A stretch of DNA of 64,000 nucleotides, taken from Gemmatimonadota bacterium. GTDB taxonomy: Bacteria > Gemmatimonadota > Gemmatimonadetes > Gemmatimonadales > GWC2-71-9. A program made the translations under genes and the position numbers. This document shows, piece by piece, positions 8,984-17,797 of the stretch. The notes beneath the pieces are model-generated. The model saw nothing but the letters and a program-made list of their open reading frames with translations, searched no databases and had not been told where the DNA came from. The DNA lies in contig JBDGYA010000012.1 in NCBI GenBank assembly GCA_039584325.1, positions 3,544 to 67,543 on the forward strand, in the 5' to 3' direction. Numbering within the stretch: the stretch's first letter is position 1; the number at the start of each line of letters is the position of its first letter.

Positions 8984-10051
8984 TTATCCGGGGCGCGACG
9001 AGGGTGACGCGAGCGGTGCACCATCCGAGCGGTCCGTGACCGCACGATCCGCCGGACCCGGGCTGTCGCCCAGCGCTGCCACCGCAGCCAGCTGTGCGGC
9101 CGCGTGCTCCCATAGACGCGAGGATTCCTGATACTGGCGCGCGGCTTTGTCGAGGTGCCGCCCCACCACGTCCCACGACCGATGGAACCGATCGAAGTGC
9201 TGCCCGAGCGCCGCGAGCGCCGCGAGTATCTCCCCGGCCCGTCGCTCGACCTCCAGTCCGCGGAGACCGTGCAGCACCGCTGTCAGGAACGCATAGAACG
9301 TATGTGGGGAGACGGGCAGGACCCGACGGCGCAGCGCATACGTCACGATGCTGTCCGCGTCGTCAAGGACCTCGTCCCGCACCACGGCTTCGTAGTAGAC
9401 GGCCTCGGCCGGGATGTACATGAGCGCGAAGTCGAAGGTCCCCTCCTCCGGACGGATGTAGCGCTCCGCAATCTCGTCGATCCGCTCCCGCAGGGACCGT
9501 CGGAACGCCCGGCGCTCCCGTGCCAACGCCGCGTCGTCCGCCCGTAGCATCCGCCGGCAGGCGTCGAGCGGGAACTTGGCGTCCACGGGCACGATCCTGT
9601 CCCCGATGAAGAGGGCCGCATCCACCCTTTCTCCTGTCCGAAACCCGTACTGCATCCGGTAGTGCGACGCGGGAAAGACCTGCCGCAACAACTCCTCGAG
9701 CCACAGCTCGCCGACTGTGCCGCGGAGGTGCGGAACCCTCAGGAGATCCTCCACCTCCTTCACGGAGCGACCCAGCGTCTCCAGCCGGGCGGTGGCTTCA
9801 GCGAGCCGGCCGAGGTTCTCGCGCACGTCAGCCAGCGAGCGTGCCTGAAGCGCCGCACTCTCGGCCACGGTGCGGGGCAGCTCCTGATTCGTCGAGACCA
9901 TGGCCTCCACCCGTGAGCGGAGCTCTACCAGCTGTGCCTGCAGCAGCGCGGCACCGTGGCCGCGCCCTCTGAGCATGAGCACGATGAGCACCGCGACGAG
10001 CCCAGCCACAGCACAGGTGAGTAGTACGACTGCCAGGGTCACGCGTGTCAC
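8984..10051 (-). CDS. rmuC: DNA recombination protein RmuC
   Basis: N-terminal TM helix, a coiled-coil, then an RmuC-type C-terminal part (...VDAKFPLDA...ALMYIPAEAVYYEA...). I set the start at GTG 10051 (10042 and 10099 are also possible), because the track's 397-aa ORF runs into the AT-rich promoter region. Confidence 0.75.
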   Translation of the reverse strand: MTRVTLAVVLLTCAVAGLVAVLIVLMLRGRGHGAALLQAQLVELRSRVEAMVSTNQELPRTVAESAALQARSLADVRENLGRLAEATARLETLGRSVKEVEDLLRVPHLRGTVGELWLEELLRQVFPASHYRMQYGFRTGERVDAALFIGDRIVPVDAKFPLDACRRMLRADDAALARERRAFRRSLRERIDEIAERYIRPEEGTFDFALMYIPAEAVYYEAVVRDEVLDDADSIVTYALRRRVLPVSPHTFYAFLTAVLHGLRGLEVERRAGEILAALAALGQHFDRFHRSWDVVGRHLDKAARQYQESSRLWEHAAAQLAAVAALGDSPGPADRAVTDRSDGAPLASPSSRPG

Positions 10052-10128
10052 GGCTCCACAAAAGGCCACTAAAGGTATGGCGTGGCACAAGAAACACATC
10101 AGAACAAGCGTTTGTCCATTACAGAGAC

Positions 10129-10157
10129 TTGACAGAATCTCTGTGTTTATGTATTGT
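10129..10157 (+). promoter_or_regulatory. sigma70-like promoter candidate for the fasciclin gene
   Basis: TTGACA at 10129-10134, a 17-nt spacer, then TATTGT at 10152-10157, in the most AT-rich stretch of the window, about 85 nt upstream of ATG 10243. Confidence 0.4.
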
Positions 10158-10242
10158 ATTGGACAGACAGAGGACACCAGGTGGCGGCAGGAATCGCCAA
10201 GCCTTTAGTTGGCAAAAAGTTACATAACATTCGGAGGAAGCA

Positions 10243-10734
10243 ATGAAGCTCATGCGCATCGCCCCAGCATCGGTCCTGGCCCTCGCGCTCGTCGTCGGAG
10301 CCTGCAGCGACAGCAACGAGCCAGAGGACCTCACAAACCTCGTCGAGACCGCCGCGAGCGCGGGCTCATTCACCACGCTGGTGGCCGCGGTCCAGGCCGC
10401 CGACCTCGACGGCACGCTCGCCACGGGTGGTCCGTTCACCGTCTTCGCCCCCACGGACGACGCATTCGCCGCGTTGCCGCCCGGCACCGTGGACGCCTTG
10501 CTCCAGGACATCCCCACGCTCACCGAGATCCTCCTGTACCACGTGGTGGCTGGTGAGGTGCTCGCCGAGGACGTCGTGACCCTGACGTCGGCCACGACGT
10601 TGCAGGGTAGCACGGTCAGCATCGATGCCTCCAACGGTGTGAAGATCAACGATGCGAACGTGACGACGACGGACATCGTCGCATCCAACGGCGTGATTCA
10701 CGTGATTGACGCGGTGTTGCTACCTCCGCAGTAA
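10243..10734 (+). CDS. fasciclin (FAS1) domain lipoprotein
   Basis: Signal peptide with lipobox (LVVGAC), then [13 protein letters not shown]...[13 protein letters not shown]...[13 protein letters not shown], which are typical FAS1 motifs. GGAGGA lies 4 nt before the ATG. Confidence 0.85.
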   Translation: MKLMRIAPASVLALALVVGACSDSNEPEDLTNLVETAASAGSFTTLVAAVQAADLDGTLATGGPFTVFAPTDDAFAALPPGTVDALLQDIPTLTEILLYHVVAGEVLAEDVVTLTSATTLQGSTVSIDASNGVKINDANVTTTDIVASNGVIHVIDAVLLPPQ

Positions 10735-10758
10735 GCCTCCGATCTCGAAGCTCCGTGC

Positions 10759-10797
10759 GGGCCGGAATCCAGCAGGATTCCGGCCCGTTTCCTTCTT
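10759..10797 (+). terminator. rho-independent terminator of the fasciclin gene
   Basis: 12-bp stem GGGCCGGAATCC / GGATTCCGGCCC with loop AGCA, followed by GTTTCCTTCTT. Confidence 0.75.
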
Positions 10798-10961
10798 CAC
10801 GGCTGCCGCTCGTGCACCGTCCATCTGGACGGTTCCCCGACTTTCTCCTGTCTGGTGCCGGTGAAGTCCGCGCAAGGCAGAGCCATTACCACCGTCGAGG
10901 GCTCACCGCGTCGGAGGAGCTACAGCCGGTCCAGCGGCGGCAGGAGCGGCGACAACGCTGA
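10798..10961 (+). pseudogene. relic of a (2Fe-2S)-binding small subunit (CoxS / xanthine-dehydrogenase family): internal fragment with a frameshift
   Basis: The frame starting at 10801 reads GCRSCTVHLDGSPTFSCLVPVKSAQGRAITTVEG. After an apparent 1-nt loss near 10900 the next frame reads LTASEELQPVQRR. Together this matches the family core CGACTV..DG....SCL......G..ITT(I/V)EGL....LHP(L/V)Q. There is no start codon and the N-terminal ~40 aa are missing. Hand-counted GC3 is 27/34. Confidence 0.55.
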
Positions 10962-11101
10962 GGAGCGCAGCCGCCACCAGCAAGGCACTGCGACACCCCG
11001 ACACAGGACTGCTCGTCGTCACCTGACCGCCTCTCTTTCACTCCCACGGGCACCGTGACAAGTTCCCACGACTCGCACCCAACCACCGTCCGGAGTGCTC
11101 G

Positions 11102-13549
11102 ATGCTACGTCTAACTCTATGCCTGGCCGTCGCCGCCCTGCTGCTTCCATCTGCAGATGCCGCCGCCCAGCAGTCCATCGCCGCCTACACCCAGGGCCTG
11201 GAGAAGCGGGACGGATACTACCCTCTCTATTGGGACGCCGGAGCCGGGCGCCTATTAATCGAGGTCTCGCGCCTCGGCGAAGAGTTCCTGTATCTGACAT
11301 CTCTCGCGACAGGTGTGGGAAGCACAGCGATCGGTCTGGATCGCGGGATGATTGGCGACGAGGCGATCGCCCGCTTCGAACGGGTGGGCCCGACCGTCTT
11401 TCTCGTGTTCACCAATCCACGGTTTCGCGCCGACGCGACAGCCAACGAAGCACTCCGCCGATCCGTGGAGGAGTCGTTTCCGGTCTCGACCGTTGGCGCC
11501 TTCGAGATCCTGGCGGAGCAGGACGGGCGCGTCCTGATCGACGCAACGTCCTACCTACTCCGGGACCACATGGACGTGGCCGGCAGACTGCGACGAGCCG
11601 ACCAGGGAGCGTTCAGCAGCGATGCTGAGCGCAGCTCCGTGTACCTGCCGAGGACGAAGGCGTTTCCGCAAAACACCGAACTCGAAGTGCGCCTCACCTT
11701 CACGGCGACCGAGCCGGGTGGGCTCGTACGGCAGCACGCTCCACTGGGCAACACCGTCACGTTACGCCAGCACCACTCGCTGGTGAAGCTCCCGGATCCC
11801 GGGTTCCTACCGCGCTCTGGCGATCCGCATCTCGGCAACAACGGAGTCTCGTTCCTCGATTTCGCCCGGTCGTTCGACCTGCGCTATGAGGGCCGGTACG
11901 TCGCGCGGCACCGTTTGCAGAAGCGGACTCCCGGACCGGAGCCGTCCGCGCCGGTGGAGCCGATCGTGTACTACCTGGACCGCGGGATCCCCGAACCGTA
12001 CCGGTCCGCGTTCCGCGACGGGGCGATGTGGTGGAACGCCGTCTTCGAGGCGGCGGGATTCACTGACGCATTCCGGGTCGAGGACATGCCGGAGAACATG
12101 GACCCGATGGATGCGCGCTATGACGTGATCCAGTGGGTGCACCGCAGCGATGCCGGCTTCTCCATCGGACCGAGCTTTGTCGACCCCCGGACCGGCGAGA
12201 TCATCAAAGCCGCTGTCCGGATGGACTCCTACCGATCGCTCACGGACTACAACATCTACGCCGGCACGGTACCCGCCGGCGCCCCCGCCGTGGCCCTCGA
12301 TCTCTCGAGTTGGCTGGCGTCGCTGGATCCCGATGTCAGTGCGGAAACGTTCGTCATGGCGCGCCGTCGTCAGCATGCCGCCCATGAAGTCGGGCACACG
12401 CTCGGCCTGGCGCACAACTTCATCGCCGCCGCCGATGGTCGCACATCCGTCATGGACTACCCGGGCCCGCTCATCCGCCTCGCGGATGACGGGATCGATC
12501 TTGGCGACGCCTACCGGAACGGTCCAGGTGCGTACGACTCCCTCGCGATCCGATACGCCTATGCGGAGTTTCCTGCGGGAGAGGAAGCGGCCGGACTTCA
12601 GGCAATCGTCGCGGAGGCGCTCGAACGCGGCATCCGGTTCAATACCGATGGTGATAATGCACGCTCGGGCTCCTATCCCGAGGTGACCCAGTGGATCAAC
12701 GGCCCAGAAGCCGTGGCGGAACTCGTGCGGGTCGCGGCCGTGCGGCGGCACCTCATTCAGCGTTTCGACGTCTCGGCACTTGAGCCCGGGGAGCCGCTGG
12801 CGTGGCTGAACTATCGTTTCGTCCCGGTCTACCTGCACCACCGATACGCGCTGGAGGCGGCCATCAAGGCCGTCGGCGGCATGGAGTTCCACTACGCCGT
12901 GCGGGGCGACTCCCTACCGGCGACTGCGATCATTCCCCCGGAGCGTCAGCGCCGCGCCCTCGAGTACGTGCTGGACGCCATCGAGCCCACCGAGCTACTC
13001 ATCCCGGAGTCGACGCTGGCCGCGATGGCCCCGAGAGCATTTGGGTATTCGGCGGACGACTGGTTCTTCGAATCGGCCGCGTATCCCGCGTTCGATCAAA
13101 TCGGCGTTGCCCGCACGCTGGCTGCGATGGTCGTCGGGAACCTGCTCGACCCCAGGCGGATGGCGCGCCTCGTCGCTTTCCACGCCCGCGACGGCGACCT
13201 GCCTTCGGCCGAGGAAGTGATCGCACGTGTCCTGGAGCGCACATGGACAGCGTACACTCCATTCGAGCTTACCGCCCTCTCACGAGCAGTGCAGCGGGTC
13301 GTCGTCGACGCGTTGATCGACCTCGCCGCGAACCCCGCCGCGACCGTTGAGGGGCGCGCGGCCGCGGAATGGGGACTCCGGCGCATCGTCGAGACGGTCC
13401 AGGGGGCGGATCCGCGGGCGCCGGATGAGCAGGCACATCGTGCGCTCGTGTGGGCCGACGTCGAACGGTTCCTCAACCGGCGGGACGACGGGACAATCCG
13501 TAGCGACCCGGCGGCCTCACCACCGGGGACACCGATCGGCAGTAGATGA
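11102..13549 (+). CDS. secreted zinc-dependent metalloprotease (DUF5117/DUF4953-type)
   Basis: 815-aa ORF with a signal peptide (LLLPSADAAAQ) and the zinc motif AAHEVGHTLGLAHNF followed by TSVMDYPG. Confidence 0.8.
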   Translation: MLRLTLCLAVAALLLPSADAAAQQSIAAYTQGLEKRDGYYPLYWDAGAGRLLIEVSRLGEEFLYLTSLATGVGSTAIGLDRGMIGDEAIARFERVGPTVFLVFTNPRFRADATANEALRRSVEESFPVSTVGAFEILAEQDGRVLIDATSYLLRDHMDVAGRLRRADQGAFSSDAERSSVYLPRTKAFPQNTELEVRLTFTATEPGGLVRQHAPLGNTVTLRQHHSLVKLPDPGFLPRSGDPHLGNNGVSFLDFARSFDLRYEGRYVARHRLQKRTPGPEPSAPVEPIVYYLDRGIPEPYRSAFRDGAMWWNAVFEAAGFTDAFRVEDMPENMDPMDARYDVIQWVHRSDAGFSIGPSFVDPRTGEIIKAAVRMDSYRSLTDYNIYAGTVPAGAPAVALDLSSWLASLDPDVSAETFVMARRRQHAAHEVGHTLGLAHNFIAAADGRTSVMDYPGPLIRLADDGIDLGDAYRNGPGAYDSLAIRYAYAEFPAGEEAAGLQAIVAEALERGIRFNTDGDNARSGSYPEVTQWINGPEAVAELVRVAAVRRHLIQRFDVSALEPGEPLAWLNYRFVPVYLHHRYALEAAIKAVGGMEFHYAVRGDSLPATAIIPPERQRRALEYVLDAIEPTELLIPESTLAAMAPRAFGYSADDWFFESAAYPAFDQIGVARTLAAMVVGNLLDPRRMARLVAFHARDGDLPSAEEVIARVLERTWTAYTPFELTALSRAVQRVVVDALIDLAANPAATVEGRAAAEWGLRRIVETVQGADPRAPDEQAHRALVWADVERFLNRRDDGTIRSDPAASPPGTPIGSR

Positions 13550-13582
13550 GGCTCGCGCTGGCACGGAGCACCCGACGGTGGG

Positions 13583-14602
13583 TCACCGATGCGGGCGTGC
13601 CCGCCTTGTCATCGGCTTCGCGTCGTGACCGAGATCCATGACCACCCGGCTCACACCGGCCACGACTTTGGCAAGACGGCCGTAGTCGAGTTTCTCCGGT
13701 GTGTCGCCCGGAAGGTGGTAGTAACCGTACCGGAACAGCGCCGTGTCGGTCACCATTGCCGCCCGGTAGCCCGCGCGCCAGAAGGCCCAGTGGTCGGACC
13801 AGTAGACACCGGGCAAGTAGCCGGGCAGCGCCCCACCCTCGCAAGGAAAGGCGGTGTGCCCACGGAAGGACCCGACGCACCGGCGCACGATGCCGCGGGA
13901 ACGCAGATTGCCCACGAACGCAACGAAGTTCCCGGTCCGCGGATACAGGAAACCGAGAGGTAGGGGATAGGACTGGCTCCGGGGGCGGTCGGAGTAGCAC
14001 CCCAGCGTCTCTAGCGAGAGCATGGCCCGGATGTTCTCACCCCGCTCGGCGCAACGGGCGGCGTATCGCCGACTCCCCATGTCCGCGGTAAGGAAGAAGG
14101 GAGGCTCCTCGTTGACGAAGCCAACGACCCGCACCGGCATCGGCACGGCTTCTGCCGCCAAGATCCCGGCAATCTCGAGGATGGCGGCGACGCCTGAGGC
14201 ATTGTCGTTCGCACCGACCGTCCCGATGACGGAGTCATAGTGTGCACCGATCACGATCGCGTCAGCCGACGCATCGCCGGGTCCGAGTGTTCCGATCACG
14301 TTGCGCACGGTCGCGCCCCGAACAGCGAACGACTGCGACTCGACGTCCAGGCCAGCCGCCCGGAACTCGCGGTCGATGTAGGCGGCTGCAGCATCGAGCG
14401 ATCCGGAGTGCCAGACGTGACGCTCGCCGATTTCCCCCGCGAGCACTCTAACGTGTCGCTGCAGGCGCTCGCGAATCGCCGATTCCGCCGAGGTGAGCGG
14501 CGGCAGCGGGCCGCGGTGGGAGCGTCCGGGCATGTGAATGGCAAGCCGCCCGAGTAGGGCGAGGACGATGAGCAGGACAATTGCGGCTTCGAGCCACCCC
14601 AT
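13583..14602 (-). CDS. M28 family metallopeptidase
   Basis: N-terminal TM anchor, then ...IGAHYDSV...GANDNASGVAAILE...GFVNEEPPFF...SDHWAFW..., which are the M28 zinc-ligand motifs. Confidence 0.8.
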   Translation of the reverse strand: MGWLEAAIVLLIVLALLGRLAIHMPGRSHRGPLPPLTSAESAIRERLQRHVRVLAGEIGERHVWHSGSLDAAAAYIDREFRAAGLDVESQSFAVRGATVRNVIGTLGPGDASADAIVIGAHYDSVIGTVGANDNASGVAAILEIAGILAAEAVPMPVRVVGFVNEEPPFFLTADMGSRRYAARCAERGENIRAMLSLETLGCYSDRPRSQSYPLPLGFLYPRTGNFVAFVGNLRSRGIVRRCVGSFRGHTAFPCEGGALPGYLPGVYWSDHWAFWRAGYRAAMVTDTALFRYGYYHLPGDTPEKLDYGRLAKVVAGVSRVVMDLGHDAKPMTRRARPHR

Positions 14603-14663
14603 GCCTGCTATTCTATCGCGCTCGCGGCCGGCGGGTCAGGTATCGTCCAGTCGAGACCGCAGG

Positions 14664-15110
14664 TTAGGGCAAGCGGCCGCCTAGCTCCCGCATCAGCATG
14701 CGAAGATTGCGAGGGTTCTGACCGAGGTCCGCTCCCCCTAGCCGCGATGCCGAACGGGCACGGATCGTCCGCTCCTCCCCCGCATCGAGAATCCAGACGG
14801 CAATGTCGTCCCGAAACCGGAACAGCCTGGTGGTGCGCACGAAGTCGAGGCGCAGCCCTGAGTCCTCCGTGACCTCCCGCTCAAACTGCCACCGAGGCAG
14901 CACCACAGCTGCCTCGCGTACGCGGCGCGCCAATTCATCTGGCGGCAGGCTCGCGGTCAGGGGCCGCAGTAGGGGATCGGTGGCGTGATGCGACGTCTCC
15001 GCGACGTTCGTGCTCAGGTCGCGCCCCCAGTCATCCACGTGAAGCACGAGGACCACGACCGCGATGGTGAACAGGCCTCCGAGTGCTAAGAGAGTGGATG
15101 CGAGAGACAT
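14664..15110 (-). CDS. DUF1499 domain protein
   Basis: 148 aa with an N-terminal TM helix, ...RLFRFRDDIAVW... and ...RSASRLGGADLGQNPRNLRMLMREL, which resemble the DUF1499 signature. Confidence 0.65.
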   Translation of the reverse strand: MSLASTLLALGGLFTIAVVVLVLHVDDWGRDLSTNVAETSHHATDPLLRPLTASLPPDELARRVREAAVVLPRWQFEREVTEDSGLRLDFVRTTRLFRFRDDIAVWILDAGEERTIRARSASRLGGADLGQNPRNLRMLMRELGGRLP

Positions 15111-15137
15111 GGAAGGCTCCGTGCGAGGCTACGGCCC

Positions 15138-16277
15138 TCAGCGGCCGGGTCGCTCGCGCCCCGGATCCCAGACGGCCACGCCCACGCGGGAGTCGGCCGT
15201 TCCGTAATAGAGGTACCAGCGTCCATTGAAGGGAACCAGCCCCTCCACGAACGTCGTGCCCTGCTCGTACTGTCCAGTCCGCTCGTACTCCTCGGTAGGC
15301 TCGATGAACGGCTCGTCCGAGCGGGCAACGAGCTTGAGCGGATTCTCCAGATCGTAGAGCGCCTGACCGCCCGCGTAGACGCGGGGCGGCAGACGCGGAT
15401 CCCCGTACATTCCGCTGTTGCCGGCGTTGTACATCACCAAGATGCCATGCGCCGTGATGATGGCCGGCGGGCCGGCCTCCACCAGCCAGGAGTCGAAATA
15501 TCCGGGCCGAGGAGTCAGAACCTTGATGGGCTCACCGTCGGCGTCGGCAACCGGTGTCCAGTCGATGAGGTCGTCGGAGGTGGCAATGAGAATGTGGGGG
15601 ACGCTGAAGTACATCCAGTACTTCCCGTCGACCCGGGTCGCAATCACACGATTCCCCTCCACTCGACTGAGAATCGCCCCGGACTTGGACTCCAGGTTGC
15701 GGTACCTGCCGCCGTCGGCCTCAGCGAAAGCAGGGCCGCGTTTTTCCCACTGGAGGAGGTCCTTCGAGGTGGCGATGGCCAGTCGGGGGATATCGCGGTT
15801 CCACTGCGTGTAGGTGAGCACATAGGTGCCATCCTCGGTCTCGACGATGCGTGGATCCTCCACCCCTCCGGGCCACTCGTACTTCGCCTGCACATCCGTG
15901 TCTGGGTACAGGACGGGTGCGCTCCGGCGGGCAAAGCGGAGTCCGTCCGTGCTTTCTGCCAGCCCGAGACGGGAGGTGTGGCCACCGATCATCATCTCAC
16001 CGCTTGCATCCTCGGCGCGATAGAGCATGTACACCCGGCCATCCTTCACCACGGCAGCCGGGTTGAAGGTGGCATGCTCCTCCCAGCTGACCACGCTGTC
16101 GTTCATTGGTGAGAAGAACTCGGAGTCCGGATTCGGCGTGATGACCGGGTTGACGGCTCGAGGCTTCTCGAAGGGTCCGAACATCCACGCGTGGCGCTGG
16201 CCGTAGGCCGGCTCTGCCAGCAACGGTCCGACCATGGACAACAGCACAACGCGCAGGGTCATGTGTGTCATAGGCAT
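15138..16277 (-). CDS. glycoside hydrolase family 130-like (beta-propeller glycosidase/phosphorylase), secreted
   Basis: ...HATFNPAAVVKDGRVYMLYRAED...SRLGLAESTDGLRF...WPGGVEDPRIVETEDGTYVLTYTQW...WYLYYGTADS. I set the start at ATG 16277 (16271 and 16262 are also possible), which gives a signal peptide. Confidence 0.65.
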   Translation of the reverse strand: MPMTHMTLRVVLLSMVGPLLAEPAYGQRHAWMFGPFEKPRAVNPVITPNPDSEFFSPMNDSVVSWEEHATFNPAAVVKDGRVYMLYRAEDASGEMMIGGHTSRLGLAESTDGLRFARRSAPVLYPDTDVQAKYEWPGGVEDPRIVETEDGTYVLTYTQWNRDIPRLAIATSKDLLQWEKRGPAFAEADGGRYRNLESKSGAILSRVEGNRVIATRVDGKYWMYFSVPHILIATSDDLIDWTPVADADGEPIKVLTPRPGYFDSWLVEAGPPAIITAHGILVMYNAGNSGMYGDPRLPPRVYAGGQALYDLENPLKLVARSDEPFIEPTEEYERTGQYEQGTTFVEGLVPFNGRWYLYYGTADSRVGVAVWDPGRERPGR

Positions 16278-16423
16278 TGCTCGGGCACCGGGGTTGGAGA
16301 TCGTGAAGCGGTTGTCAACGACGCTGAAGGACACGTACGTCGTCCTTCAGCACACGCTGGCGCCACGTCTGGGACTTCTCGCGACGGAGGGCCTCCCGCG
16401 ACCATGCTACTGTGCGCGATCAC

Positions 16424-17527
16424 TCAGCGCCGGAAGTGGTCGGCGAGGGTCTGCGGCAGGTTGCCGAACCGAACGCGCTCCAGATTGGCGGTGATGGCCA
16501 CCACCAGTCTCTCGTCCGGATACACCAGCAACATCGACCGCGCTCCCACCGAGCCTCCGGTGTGGCTCACCACGCGTCGCTCGGCAGCATCGCGCCCGAC
16601 CGACCAGCCGATACCGTACCCGGTCTCGCCGCCGTCCCTCGTGTGCTGCGACGTCCACAGCCGGTGCACCGTTTCTGGTCTCAGGAGTTCCCCGCGCATG
16701 AGTGCGAGGCTGAACCGTACGAGGTCCGCCGGTGTGGAGACGAAGCCACCGCCCGCCCACTTATAGCTGTTATCGACAGGGGGCGCCGTGCGCACTTCGC
16801 CGTCGACCAGCTGGTAGAACATGCTCAGCCCGGCAACAGGCGCGTCGGGGCGTTCGGCCATCGTGTTTGTCAGCCCCAAGGGATCGAGCACAGCAGTCTG
16901 CATGAACTGTAGAAAATCCTCGCCGGCGGCCTCTTCGACGGCCGCCGCGATCAGACTCCAGCCGAACGTCGAGAAGCCATAGCGTGTGCCGGGCTCGAAC
17001 ACGAGCGAGTCGCGCGCGAAGATCGCGAGCCCGTCGAGCACCGAGGGATAATGACGGTTGCTGCGGAATTCATCCCCCTGGTAGTGGCGAATGCCACCGG
17101 TGTGCCCTGCCACTTGCTCGACGGTGATCGGATACCGCTTCTCGGGGAACGACTTCACGTAGCACTGAATGTCGGCATCCAGTTCGATGGCGCCGCGCTC
17201 GACCAGCAATCCCAGGGCCGTTGAGGTGAGCGCCATCGAGATGGCACCTATGCGGAATCTCGTGTCGCGGGTCACGGCAACACCCGCCGCGACGTCTGCC
17301 ACACCGAACTCACCCGTCCACACGAGCTCGGAATCGAGCCCAACGGCCACGGCGAGTCCTGGGATCTGATGCGCTTCGCGGAACCGCTCGACGAGTACCC
17401 GGACGGAATCGCCCTGAGCTGACTGCGCCTGCGCGTTCTGGCCCACGAGCGGCACCGGCGTAAGGAGCAAGATCGCCGGAAGGGACACTGTCGCCAGTCG
17501 GTCGCGGAGCTGCATAATCGTCTCCAT
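16424..17527 (-). CDS. beta-lactamase-fold serine-hydrolase family protein with an atypical SxxK motif (SMAL)
   Basis: Signal peptide, ...FRIGAISMALTSTALGLLVERGAIELD..., ...HTGGI... and the overall class-C/DD-peptidase layout. Start moved to ATG 17527 (the track start at 17530 is GTG). Confidence 0.75.
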   Translation of the reverse strand: METIMQLRDRLATVSLPAILLLTPVPLVGQNAQAQSAQGDSVRVLVERFREAHQIPGLAVAVGLDSELVWTGEFGVADVAAGVAVTRDTRFRIGAISMALTSTALGLLVERGAIELDADIQCYVKSFPEKRYPITVEQVAGHTGGIRHYQGDEFRSNRHYPSVLDGLAIFARDSLVFEPGTRYGFSTFGWSLIAAAVEEAAGEDFLQFMQTAVLDPLGLTNTMAERPDAPVAGLSMFYQLVDGEVRTAPPVDNSYKWAGGGFVSTPADLVRFSLALMRGELLRPETVHRLWTSQHTRDGGETGYGIGWSVGRDAAERRVVSHTGGSVGARSMLLVYPDERLVVAITANLERVRFGNLPQTLADHFRR

Positions 17528-17622
17528 CACCGGTGCCGGGCCTCAGTCGGACGGCCAATCCCCTCCCCCCCGTTCACCCGCCGCGTCGATCCCTTGCACG
17601 GTTCAACGTTCAGGCTGGCGCG

Positions 17623-17797
17623 TCAAGTGTCGTCGCGGCACAGCCCCGTCGCAGGGAAACCACGTCGGACGCCCCCATCGACCACGAGCGTCCCGCCGGT
17701 CACAACATGCCGCATCCCCGACGGGTAGCGGCTCGGATCGAAAGACGTCGCGCGGGCGCAGCCCGTAGCCGACCGCGGGGGCCAACACATTCTGGCG
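17623..17797 (-). pseudogene. relic of the 3' end of a short-chain dehydrogenase/reductase gene
   Basis: The frame reads ...ARATSFDPSRYPSGMRHVVTGGTLVVDGGVRRG...* . The motif TGxxLxVDGG is the canonical SDR C-terminus. The fragment begins right after the DUF5916 stop, so there is no room for the ~200 N-terminal residues. GC3 is about 77% by hand count. Confidence 0.4.

Noticed and set aside
10052-10177. N-terminal 42 codons of the track's RmuC ORF
   Set aside because: They run through the AT-rich promoter-like region, the peptide is odd (MSSVCPIQYINTEIL...), and GTG 10051 gives a normal TM-helix start.
10903-11022. 39-aa hydrophobic peptide on the minus strand (VTTSSPVSGCRSALLVAAALLSVVAAP...) with an upstream GAGAGG
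   Set aside because: GC3 is only about 64% (25/39 by hand), and it lies within and just downstream of the CoxS-like relic. It is probably a chance ORF.
16323-16351. 10-bp hairpin GCTGAAGGAC / GTCCTTCAGC between the beta-lactamase-fold and GH130 genes
   Set aside because: It has no U-tract on either strand, so I could not support calling it a terminator or a regulatory element.
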